From Actinomycetota bacterium (GTDB lineage: Bacteria; Actinomycetota; Actinomycetes; S36-B12; UBA5976): DNA of 37,454 nt. The notes under the pieces were generated by a model. It saw only the letters and a list, made by a program, of their open reading frames with translations. It had not been told where the DNA came from and did no database searches. Positions 27,369 through 35,423 of this stretch are shown piece after piece. How positions within the stretch are numbered: the stretch's first letter is position 1; every line of letters begins with the position of its first letter. A program made the translations under genes and the position numbers. The stretch spans positions 1 through 37,454 of the forward strand of contig JAFMIT010000003.1 in NCBI GenBank assembly GCA_017853815.1. The letters run 5' to 3'.

Positions 27369-29819
27369 TTACGAGACCTTGACGGTGAACGTAACGTTCT
27401 TGATGCCCACACGAACGGTGACCTTGAAGGTGCCCTTCGTGCGAGGGTGCATAACGATTGACTTAGATGAAGACGACGCCATGCGGGTCAGCTTGAGCGA
27501 ATCTGCGCCGTTCTGACGAACCACGTAGATCTTCTTGCCTTCCACACCACTCAAGTTCACCTTGATCATGCCAGCGCTGCCAGTCACTGAGATCGTGATT
27601 GGAGCCACTACCGCAGCCGCACGAGTGACCGTCAGGGTGTACGTCCGGGTGGTAGTGCCGTCAGCTGCTGTCACCACAACGTTGATGACGTTTGCTCCGA
27701 CAGCAAGTGCGACCGGAGTTGCAGTGTCGCTGTCAGCGGCCACGTTGTTGATAGTGATAGTCGCATCTGCATCAGAAGTGACAGCAGTGATGTTGAGAGA
27801 ATTCACAACATTACTTACACCCAGCGAGTGCTCCGTCATGTCGGTGTCAAAGTCGCGAGTGATGAAGTTTGAGGAGACGCTGAGCCCACTCAAAGCTGCA
27901 TTCGCCGACCGGACAACAATGTGGCTCCAGATGCGGTCACGGTTGATCGAGACTGCGCCTGTAACGCTTGGTGTCATGTCGAACTTGTACTCAGGGGACA
28001 CCGTACGGCTGTCATCCCAGTAGTCCATCGAACTTGGAGCAACCGGACGAGGTTCTGCATCCGTGTTGGTGTTCGTGAGAGTGAAGGTAACTTCACCGCT
28101 CGCGTTGGTGGTACCAGTCAGAGAACCCGTGAACGAGCTGTTCTGAGTTGGCGAGACCGCATCGAGAGTGACTTCGGCACCAGCAACTGGAGCGCCTCCA
28201 TCAGCCATGGTCACCGTGTAGGTGAATGTCAGTGTCCGTCCCTTTTCGGCGAACTTGACGAGGCTGCGTGAGCCATTGCCTTCGTTCCACCAGTACGACT
28301 TGTCAGACATGTGTGCAACATCCGCTGCACTGAGCTTGATGTTGACCAGCGGCTGAACGATGTGACCCCAGATGCGGTCACGGTTCGTCGAGACTGCGCC
28401 GGTAACGCTTGGCACAATGTCGAACTTGTACTCAGGCGACACGGTGCGGGTGTCGTCCCAGTAATCCATCGTGCTTGGAGCAACTGGACGTGGTTCAGCA
28501 GCGCTGTTCGTGTTGTTTAGAGTGAAAGTCACTTCGCCACTTGCATTTGTGGTGCCGGTGAGCGATCCAGTGAAGGAACTGTTCTGGGTCGCTGAAGTTG
28601 CATCAAGAGTGACCTCGGCACCCGCGACTGGCGCATTACCTGCGGCAGCTTCGGTGACAACGTAGGTGAAGGAAAGAACTCCACCCTTTTCGATGAACTT
28701 CACGAGGCTGCGTGAGCCATTGCCTTCGTTCCACCAGTACGACTTGTCCGACATGTGTGCAACATCAGAATCCTTGAGCTTGATGTTGACGCCTACTGCC
28801 TCCACCGTGTGTGTCCAAATGCGGTCACGGTTGGTCGAGGTTGCACCAGTGACACTTGGAACAATGTCGAACTTGTACTCAGGCGACACGGTACGGGTGT
28901 CATCCCAGTAATCCATGGTGCTTGGAGCAACTGGACGTGGTTCGGCAGCAGTGTTGGTGTTAGTGAGATTGAAGGTCACCAAACCATTTGAATCCGTCAC
29001 ACCTGTCAGCGATCCAGTGAAGGAGCTGTTGGTCGTTGGCGACTGCGCATCGAGAGTGACGGTTGCACCGGCCACAGCTGCGTTTGGTGCAGTTGCGTCA
29101 GTGACCTTGTAGGTGAATGACAAAGTCGAACCCTGAGAAACAAACTTCACCAAACTGCGTGAGCCATTGCCTTCGCTCCACCAGTACGACTTGTCTGACA
29201 TGTGTGCAACGTCAGCATCGCTGAGCTTGATGTTGACAGATGCTGGAATGACTGGCGCGGCCGTGTTGACGATGTGCGTCCACAGGCGATCGCGATTGGT
29301 CGAGGTTGCACCAGTTACTGACGGCACCATGTCGAACTTGTATTCGGGCGAAACTACGCGGGTGTCATCCCAGTAATCCATCGTGCTTGGAGCAACTGGC
29401 CGAGGCTCGGCAGCGCTGTTCGTGTTCGTCAGGCTGAAAGTCACTTCGCCGTTGGCGTTGGTAACTCCCGACAACGAGCCAGTGAAAGAGCTGTTGGTCG
29501 TTGGAGACAAAGCGTCGAGGGTGACGGTGGCGCCTTCAACTGGTGCGTTTGGAGCGACGGCATCGGTGACTTTGTAAGTAAACGAAAGCACCGAGCCTTT
29601 CTCAACAAACTTCACGAGGCTGCGAGAACCGCCACCTTCGTTCCACCAGTAAGACTTGTCTGACATGTGAGCCAGATCTGCATCCGACATCCTGATGATG
29701 ACGTTTGCGGGAACTACTGCCTGGGCGGTAGTTGGGACAAGAGCGCTCAGGCCAAGTGCAAGTGCACCGGAGAGCACAGCGGCGAGAAACCGCTTGCCAC
29801 GAGTGGCGATAGCTGTCAT
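27369..29819 (-). CDS. Secreted surface protein: four ~150-aa repeats + cadherin-like beta-sandwich + basic C-terminal domain
   Basis: ATG 29819 (RBS AAGGAAG), signal peptide ending AQA|V. Repeats HMSDKSYWW...RDRxWxH; then SANAALSGL...VTAADGTTTRTYTLTVTR; Lys-rich tail. Confidence 0.85.
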   Translation of the reverse strand: MTAIATRGKRFLAAVLSGALALGLSALVPTTAQAVVPANVIIRMSDADLAHMSDKSYWWNEGGGSRSLVKFVEKGSVLSFTYKVTDAVAPNAPVEGATVTLDALSPTTNSSFTGSLSGVTNANGEVTFSLTNTNSAAEPRPVAPSTMDYWDDTRVVSPEYKFDMVPSVTGATSTNRDRLWTHIVNTAAPVIPASVNIKLSDADVAHMSDKSYWWSEGNGSRSLVKFVSQGSTLSFTYKVTDATAPNAAVAGATVTLDAQSPTTNSSFTGSLTGVTDSNGLVTFNLTNTNTAAEPRPVAPSTMDYWDDTRTVSPEYKFDIVPSVTGATSTNRDRIWTHTVEAVGVNIKLKDSDVAHMSDKSYWWNEGNGSRSLVKFIEKGGVLSFTYVVTEAAAGNAPVAGAEVTLDATSATQNSSFTGSLTGTTNASGEVTFTLNNTNSAAEPRPVAPSTMDYWDDTRTVSPEYKFDIVPSVTGAVSTNRDRIWGHIVQPLVNIKLSAADVAHMSDKSYWWNEGNGSRSLVKFAEKGRTLTFTYTVTMADGGAPVAGAEVTLDAVSPTQNSSFTGSLTGTTNASGEVTFTLTNTNTDAEPRPVAPSSMDYWDDSRTVSPEYKFDMTPSVTGAVSINRDRIWSHIVVRSANAALSGLSVSSNFITRDFDTDMTEHSLGVSNVVNSLNITAVTSDADATITINNVAADSDTATPVALAVGANVINVVVTAADGTTTRTYTLTVTRAAAVVAPITISVTGSAGMIKVNLSGVEGKKIYVVRQNGADSLKLTRMASSSSKSIVMHPRTKGTFKVTVRVGIKNVTFTVKVS
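27915..29705 (-). repeat. Four in-frame tandem repeats, periods 465, 447 and 444 nt
   Basis: Anchor GACTTGTC at 29653, 29188, 28741 and 28297; in conserved blocks, differences are mostly at third codon positions. Confidence 0.92.
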
Positions 29820-29942
29820 GTTCTTCCTTTCGCAACAGCGATGATGTAACTCGGTGTGCGAACAGGAATGTGCGCACGCTCGAGAAGACGTTTGTTTGAG
29901 CGCGCACACGCTCGGGGACTTGCGGTTGCCTGAGAGAGAGGC

Positions 29943-29964
29943 GTCGTGAAACCGATTTCACGAC
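29943..29964. promoter_or_regulatory. 22-bp near-perfect palindrome (LacI-type operator or leader hairpin)
   Basis: GTCGTGAAA-CCGA-TTTCACGAC, with central CG and A/T flanks as in LacI-family operators. Confidence 0.6.
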
Positions 29965-30091
29965 AGGCAGAAGGAAACCATTAGGACGACTGGTGAACAA
30001 CCCCAAAAAGTCTGTGAATCCGAGTTGTGACCGATTCGTTACGGTCCCGCAGGGCGGAATCGCGGCCCCTGCGCGACCGGGAGAATCTGCG

Positions 30092-30147
30092 AAAAATAGA
30101 GAGCTGGATTGATATCCCCCCGAATGGGATACCAAGCCAACTCTCTA
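30092..30147 (-). other. Long hairpin plus U5 tract directly after an extended -10 promoter
   Basis: Minus strand TAGAGAGTTGGCTTGGTATCCC-ATTCGGG-GGGATATCAATCCAGCTCTCTA-TTTTT (two G-U, one mismatch); TGCTATGTT at 30163-30155. Confidence 0.55.
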
Positions 30148-30179
30148 GGCAGAAAACATAGCATTCCTTAACCGTTTCT

Positions 30180-30195
30180 TGGAAATACATTTCCA
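30180..30195. promoter_or_regulatory. Palindromic candidate operator
   Basis: TGGAAAT-AC-ATTTCCA between divergent promoters. Confidence 0.45.
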
Positions 30196-30253
30196 GAGAT
30201 TTTTGTCCCCGAATCGCGCCAATTTCACCTCGGGCTGTCGTTAGCCTCAAGGC

Positions 30254-30976
30254 GTGCGAGTGATGAGCTGGAATATCCAACATCTTGAGCCGTATGCCGA
30301 AGGCTGCGAGCCTCACGAGGAGTTCAACCGCGCCCTATCAGACCTACGGCCAGACATCCTCCTGCTGCAGGAAGTAGATCGTCACCAGGAACGATCAGGT
30401 GGCGTCGACCAGACCGCCCTGACCGCGGACCTGCTTGGAGCTAGCGCCCATTACTTCAGGCCAACTCCCGAGGCGCCCGGCAATTACGGCATAGCAATCG
30501 TCTCAACTCTTCCTGTCATCAAGTGGCATCAGAAGTCTCTGCGCCGCTCTCCGATTGGCATGCGACTCACTTTCATGATTCAGGGCAAACCCGAGACGTT
30601 CTATTGCGCGGACCATGAGCGTGCGGTTCTTGCCGCCGAACTGGAGAACGGTTGGTTCGTCGCAAACATGCATGCATCGTTTGTGCCCGGCTGGTCGCAC
30701 TTAATGGTCTGGCGAGCGGCGCGATGGGCGCGTAAGGAAGCAAAGCGCGCAGGCTGCAACTTGCTGTTGTGTGGCGACTTCAATCTGTCATCGCACGCTT
30801 TCTTGAAGCTCATCGGTTTGCGAAGTCTCAATGATGGCGTGACTTTTCCGACGTGGACGCCCGAGCGCCAGATTGATTTCATTGCGGTCGACAAACATAA
30901 CTCGGCCAAAGCGACCACCGTTGAGGTTCGGTCCTACGGCATTAGCGATCACTGTGCAGTGGTCGTTGACTTATAG
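30254..30976 (+). CDS. Endonuclease/exonuclease/phosphatase (EEP) family protein
   Basis: SWNI, LQEVD, GDFN, IDFI, SDH; leaderless TAGCCT-N6-GTG. Confidence 0.9.
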   Translation: MRVMSWNIQHLEPYAEGCEPHEEFNRALSDLRPDILLLQEVDRHQERSGGVDQTALTADLLGASAHYFRPTPEAPGNYGIAIVSTLPVIKWHQKSLRRSPIGMRLTFMIQGKPETFYCADHERAVLAAELENGWFVANMHASFVPGWSHLMVWRAARWARKEAKRAGCNLLLCGDFNLSSHAFLKLIGLRSLNDGVTFPTWTPERQIDFIAVDKHNSAKATTVEVRSYGISDHCAVVVDL

Positions 30977-30990
30977 TTTTTGATACAGCA

Positions 30991-31016
30991 ATGGGGTGGT
31001 CCGAAGACCACCCCAT
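30991..31016 (-). terminator. Hairpin between the convergent EEP and rhodopsin genes
   Basis: ATGGGGTGGTC-TTCG-GACCACCCCAT: perfect 11-bp stem with a C(UUCG)G loop on the minus strand. Confidence 0.75.
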
Positions 31017-31035
31017 CACTAGGAACTACTTGCGA

Positions 31036-31818
31036 TTAGTCACGGAATTCTGATTCGGCGAATTCAGCGCTGTCTTCAGCAGACTTCATGCGCGCAATCT
31101 TGAAGATGGTCAGACCGTAGGCGCACTTTGCGAGCACGTCAGCGATTGAGTAACCAATTTCGCGGTTAACGAATGCCATTGCGTCAAAGCCTTCAGCATT
31201 CATTGCGAGGATAAAGGTGATTGGGTACACGCCCCAGGTTGCAATCAAGAGCAAGCGCAAGCGGCTAACAGTCGCGCGAACCTGATCTGACTGACGCTCC
31301 AAGCTCTTGGTCAATTCAACGAACAAGATGTAGAGGATGTACAGGAATGGGATGGTCGAAAGAGCGCCCCACACTGGTGCACTGATGCCGAACAAGTCGA
31401 GATGCGCATCGCCTGGGTAACCGAGAAGGATCATGGCGGCAGCGGCCGGCACGAGACGGCCAAGAAGGGCCTTCTGTGCGAGGCGACCGATAGCAAGAAC
31501 TGCAACAGTCTCAACAAGCAGCAATGGAACAGTCAACAGCCAGTCGACGTAGCGGTAGCCAACGTTGTATGCGTATGGATTGTTCGCTGGACCTGCGAAT
31601 GCATGGTTGAACGAATCAAAGATGCGGAAGTAGTGGTACGCGGCGATTGCGGTCACCGTGCCCGAGATGATCACTGCCATGCGGTAGCGGGGCAGAACAC
31701 GATCACGTGAGATGTAAAGAAACACGGACGTGAAAAGCATGCTGGCCAAGCCCAATGACAGCATGTTGTAAACGGCGTTGAACTGATTGTCAGTCAACAG
31801 CTGCGACAGGTTGTTCAT
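31036..31818 (-). CDS. Microbial rhodopsin, xanthorhodopsin/actinorhodopsin family proton pump
   Basis: Seven hydrophobic segments; AAYHYFRIF; YRYVDWLLTVPLLLVE (DTE motif); WGVYP; DVLAK Schiff-base lysine; RBS AGGAGG. Confidence 0.95.
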   Translation of the reverse strand: MNNLSQLLTDNQFNAVYNMLSLGLASMLFTSVFLYISRDRVLPRYRMAVIISGTVTAIAAYHYFRIFDSFNHAFAGPANNPYAYNVGYRYVDWLLTVPLLLVETVAVLAIGRLAQKALLGRLVPAAAAMILLGYPGDAHLDLFGISAPVWGALSTIPFLYILYILFVELTKSLERQSDQVRATVSRLRLLLIATWGVYPITFILAMNAEGFDAMAFVNREIGYSIADVLAKCAYGLTIFKIARMKSAEDSAEFAESEFRD

Positions 31819-32000
31819 TTTTCCTCCTGTTCACGCAGACACTCACTGACTGCGTGGGCTCGCGTCGTTGCGAGTGATACGAGAGTCCTCTCAATCGTTG
31901 CACTGAGCGACTTGAACAACCTTTGGCGCGGTTTTCGTTGCACAATCGTGACCGAATATCGTGCGAGAAGGGACATTTGCGAGTTGCTTAGGCTTCATCC

Positions 32001-32375
32001 ATGCCCAATCTGGTGAGTGAAAAGGTTCGCGTAGATGTATGGACTTGGGCTGTTCGACTATTTCCCTCACGTTCGGCTGCCACCGCGGCCGCCCGAGGGG
32101 GCCACATCAAAATCAACGGCAAGAGCGTCAAGCCCGCGCAAACAGTCAACATTGGTGACACCATCGCGACCCGCTACGCGGATGTCGAACGAATAGTTGT
32201 TGTGAAGTCGCTCATCAGCCGACGAGTCGGAGCAGACCTTGCGCGAACCCATTACGAGGACCACAGTCCAGTGCGCGAAAAGGTCGCGGACACATTTACT
32301 GCGACGCGAGACCGCGGCGCTGGTCGACCGACGAAGCGCGACCGCCGACTCATTGATCGCCTTCGCGGCTACTGA
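32001..32375 (+). CDS. S4-domain RNA-binding protein (Hsp15/HslR-like)
   Basis: RVDVWTWAVRLFPSRSAA...GHIKING, RGAGRPTKRDRR; leaderless TAGGCT-N6-ATG. Confidence 0.9.
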   Translation: MPNLVSEKVRVDVWTWAVRLFPSRSAATAAARGGHIKINGKSVKPAQTVNIGDTIATRYADVERIVVVKSLISRRVGADLARTHYEDHSPVREKVADTFTATRDRGAGRPTKRDRRLIDRLRGY

Positions 32376-32737
32376 TTTACCGCCACACCTAACTGGCGAA
32401 GCACGAAGGTGTTCATTGACATCTGGTGCTCGGCTGCAGCGAGCGCAACCTGCTTATGCAGTTCGCTGCCTAACCGTAAATTGAACTTTCCTGAGAACTG
32501 TCGTTCGTCCCATGGCTCTGGCACAGGTTCCCCTTGTTTGAGTAAATCATCGAGAACCTCCTCCACCAGCGAAGTCGCACCCGACAATGCTTGAGATCTA
32601 GAGCGGGCCACCCAGCTCAAGGATGGAAATTCCAAAATGGTCGCAACGTATTCATCACTTGCCGCACTCCAGAAAATTCGATACGTATAACGATCCGCTT
32701 TGGGCTTCACTTTCGATGCGCTTTTACCCACGATCAC
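32369..32737 (-). CDS. hicB: HicB family antitoxin
   Basis: YTYRIFWS...EYVATILEFPSLSW, C-terminal RHH FSGKFNLRL...LH; start codon uncertain. Confidence 0.85.
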   Translation of the reverse strand: MIVGKSASKVKPKADRYTYRIFWSAASDEYVATILEFPSLSWVARSRSQALSGATSLVEEVLDDLLKQGEPVPEPWDERQFSGKFNLRLGSELHKQVALAAAEHQMSMNTFVLRQLGVAVNQ

Positions 32738-32978
32738 TCTCCATCAGCTTGTCAATCGCCTGCAGTACCTGCTTCACCTGATACTCCTTTGCTTGCCCGC
32801 TTTCATTCTGGATATTGATACGCGGATCACCTATCCAGGGCGTTCGAAAAACAGCGTGCGACCCTCGAGTCAATCTCGGAGCGCCGAAATAGTGCTCACA
32901 GACCTTTGAGAGGTGTGCAAACTTGATGTTCTTCGGAGTGCTGCGCATCTGTTCGATGATTTTTTCTACCGACGGCAT
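32724..32978 (-). CDS. hicA: HicA family toxin
   Basis: PKNIKF.HL, RGSHAVF, INIQ...AKEYQVKQV; overlaps the hicB start. Confidence 0.85.
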   Translation of the reverse strand: MPSVEKIIEQMRSTPKNIKFAHLSKVCEHYFGAPRLTRGSHAVFRTPWIGDPRINIQNESGQAKEYQVKQVLQAIDKLMESDRG

Positions 32979-32984
32979 TTCTTG

Positions 32985-33003
32985 ACGGTACCGAATATGG
33001 TAC
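32985..33003 (-). promoter_or_regulatory. hicAB leaderless promoter with overlapping inverted repeat
   Basis: GTACC-N6-GGTAC (32988-33003) overlapping the -10 TACCGT (32990-32985)-N6-ATG. Confidence 0.55.
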
Positions 33004-33064
33004 TGACTTAATAGTCACATTTCCAGACTGTGGAAAACTCCTTTGTTGAGTAGTCGTTCAGAAG

Positions 33065-33610
33065 TTACGGACGGAGCAGTCCGTGCACATGTTCATCGTG
33101 AAGCTCACCGTCGGGATAGCGCCATGACTTTCGCAACGTTCCTTCGTATTCAAAACCTGCCTTGGTCGCCGCCTTGCAAGACGCTTCATTCATCACTGCA
33201 TGAAAGAGACCAATGCGTGCGACCGGAATGTTCGCGAAAGTAAATGCACTTGCAGCTTTGGCGGCGCGAGCCGCGACTCCCCGACCGCGTGCGTGCGGCG
33301 CGACCCAGTAACCCAGCATCACGTTGGCGTTGTGAAAGTCGAACTGAAAGACCGACACTCCACCAAAAATCTGGTCGTGATCATCAACTGCCCACCAAGT
33401 CATGTGACCATCCCAGTTGAGCCTCTGTGAAATCCAATGGGCAACATCGTTACCGCCACGGCGCATTGGGGCCCACTGCACCGTCAGTGGGTCATCAGCA
33501 AACTTCTCGGCCTGTTCGAGATCATCCATCGAGTACGGGCGAAGCAAGAAACCTTCAGCCTCCACAGTTTGTGGCTGTGGAATATCGAAACTTTGCCCCG
33601 GCTCACTCAT
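33065..33610 (-). CDS. GNAT family N-acetyltransferase (RimJ/RimL-like)
   Basis: LLRPY, LGYWVAPHARGRGVA, NEASCK..TKAGFEYEGTLR; ATG 33610 preferred. Confidence 0.88.
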   Translation of the reverse strand: MSEPGQSFDIPQPQTVEAEGFLLRPYSMDDLEQAEKFADDPLTVQWAPMRRGGNDVAHWISQRLNWDGHMTWWAVDDHDQIFGGVSVFQFDFHNANVMLGYWVAPHARGRGVAARAAKAASAFTFANIPVARIGLFHAVMNEASCKAATKAGFEYEGTLRKSWRYPDGELHDEHVHGLLRP

Positions 33611-33685
33611 GGCACACACTCTCGAATCATCTATGCGGCTGTGCACTTCGTTGGCGCACTGCAATGCTCCATTGTGTCAGCCAGG

Positions 33686-34504
33686 TTAGCCCTTAACCGA
33701 ACCTTGCGTCAGGCCAGTGACAATCTGGCGATTAAAGACAACGTACAGAACAATCATTGGCAGTGTGACCATGCTCAAGGCAGCGAACAGCATCTGGTAA
33801 TCCGTTACGTACTTAGAGGAGAACGCCAACAAACCGGTTGGAATCGTCTTCAAGGCATCGTCCTGGACATAGAGCAGTGCCAAAAGGAATTCATTCCATG
33901 AGGAGAGAACCGAAAAGATTCCGACCGTGACGAGAGCTGGGCGAATAATCGGAACCATCAGCAGCCGATAGACCGCCAAGTCACTCGCCCCATCGACGCG
34001 AGCTGATTCAAATATCTCTTTTGGCAGTGAGTCGATGTATGACTTCAGCAACCATACGGCGAGCGGAATCCCCATTGCGGTGTAAGGAACAATAAGAGCC
34101 CAACGGGTGTCTTTGAGATACACCAGCTCGAATAATTCATTTTGAGCGATGAAATACGCCTGAATAGGAAGCAGCAGTCCGAGGGTGAAGATGCCCATGA
34201 CGACACCGCGGCCTCTGAAGTTGAGTTTGCTCAAAGCAAAACCAGCCATCGAGGACACCGTCAGTGTGATTGTCGTCGCCGTGAAAGTGACGATGGCGCT
34301 GTTAATGGCGTACGTGCCGAGGCCACCCATTTCCCACGCTTCGGCAAACACCGAAAAATCAAATGTTGTGGGAAGTCCAAGCGGACTCTTGGCGATCTCA
34401 GCGTTGGTCTTGAGCGAGCTCATAAACATCCAGAGCATGGGAAGTAAGTTGAGCGTCGCGTAGAACCAGACGACAAGAGTGCTGAACGTGGGTTTGCGAT
34501 TCAT
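33686..34504 (-). CDS. Carbohydrate ABC transporter permease (MalG-type)
   Basis: LPKEIFESARVDGA, WNEFLLAL; TGATG coupling to the upstream permease. Confidence 0.92.
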   Translation of the reverse strand: MNRKPTFSTLVVWFYATLNLLPMLWMFMSSLKTNAEIAKSPLGLPTTFDFSVFAEAWEMGGLGTYAINSAIVTFTATTITLTVSSMAGFALSKLNFRGRGVVMGIFTLGLLLPIQAYFIAQNELFELVYLKDTRWALIVPYTAMGIPLAVWLLKSYIDSLPKEIFESARVDGASDLAVYRLLMVPIIRPALVTVGIFSVLSSWNEFLLALLYVQDDALKTIPTGLLAFSSKYVTDYQMLFAALSMVTLPMIVLYVVFNRQIVTGLTQGSVKG

Positions 34505-35382
34505 CAGTACTCCACGTCTTCCTGACGAGTGCTGCGCCACTTCCTGAAGAAGATCGCAATGACGAGGCCAACAATCGTCAGAATGACAGAAAGAGACGAA
34601 CCGAAACCGATTTCCATATCTCTGAACACCGCTTTGACCATGTATGTCGTCGGCACTTCAGTCGAGTTGTACGGCCCGCCGTTAGTCATCACGTAGAAGA
34701 GGTCAAAGCCCTGAATGCCGCCTGTGATGCACAGCAACATGGCGACCGACGACACCTGTCGAATCATGGGCACCTTGATACGCCAGAAGAGTGTCCTCTC
34801 GTTCGCACCGTCGAGTCGAGCCGACTCGATCACATCCTGAGGCAGTCGTGCAAAAGCGGCGTTAAAGATCGCCATGTAAAAGCCAGCGAAAATCCACCCA
34901 GAAACGAGACTGATGGCCGGCAGCGCAGTCGCAGGGTTACCGAGCCAGACCTGGCGCCAATCCTCTCGGCCGATGGCACTTAAGAACGCGTTCATCGCAC
35001 CGAAGTCCGGATTAAAAACTGCTCCCCAGAGGACAGCAATCACGACCATAGGCAGCATGACCGGGATAAACAGTGCCACACGGGGATAACCCATAAAGCG
35101 GCCTGACGAGATGACACCTGCTAGCAGCAGTCCCATCGCCACTTCAACAACCAAAGTGGTGGCGATGTAGAAGAGCATGTGTCCGAATGAACTAACGAAC
35201 ACCGTGTCATGAAAAGCACGGATGTAGTTGTCGAATCCCGCAAACTCAGGAGTGCCGAAACCATTCCAACGCGCGAAGCTCAAAGCAATAGTGCCAACGA
35301 ACGGCAGTAGAACAGCGAATGCATAAATAAATACAGCAGGCGCAACAAGGATGAGAACACCAAACTTCGAAGTTGGCTTCAA
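34504..35382 (-). CDS. Carbohydrate ABC transporter permease (MalF-type)
   Basis: IESARLDGA, FDLFYVMTNGGP. Confidence 0.92.
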   Translation of the reverse strand: MKPTSKFGVLILVAPAVFIYAFAVLLPFVGTIALSFARWNGFGTPEFAGFDNYIRAFHDTVFVSSFGHMLFYIATTLVVEVAMGLLLAGVISSGRFMGYPRVALFIPVMLPMVVIAVLWGAVFNPDFGAMNAFLSAIGREDWRQVWLGNPATALPAISLVSGWIFAGFYMAIFNAAFARLPQDVIESARLDGANERTLFWRIKVPMIRQVSSVAMLLCITGGIQGFDLFYVMTNGGPYNSTEVPTTYMVKAVFRDMEIGFGSSLSVILTIVGLVIAIFFRKWRSTRQEDVEY

Positions 35383-35423
35383 TGTGGCATTCCCATCCTT
35401 GTTAGCGACCGCTGCGGATTAAC

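Noticed and set aside
27915-29705. Long DNA repeats as a CRISPR array or DGR template/variable pair
   Set aside because: The repeats are in-frame protein domains of 444-465 nt with largely synonymous differences; there are no spacers, cas genes or reverse transcriptase.
30053-30151. Loose resemblance to a c-di-AMP (ydaO) riboswitch (GCGGAATC...ACCGGGAGAA...AGCCAACTCTCTAGGC)
   Set aside because: The central GGGGTGAATC-type element and pseudoknot complement are missing. The 3' part is better explained by the long minus-strand hairpin, and the downstream plus-strand gene looks leaderless.
29602-30316. ORFs of 177 aa and 111 aa across the repeat-protein upstream region
   Set aside because: They overlap confident genes, lack an RBS and run through hairpins and palindromes; the region reads as regulatory.
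31036-31818. Heliorhodopsin or sodium/chloride pump identity
   Set aside because: Helix C carries DTE rather than NDQ/NTQ, and helix G has DxxxK as in type-1 proton pumps.
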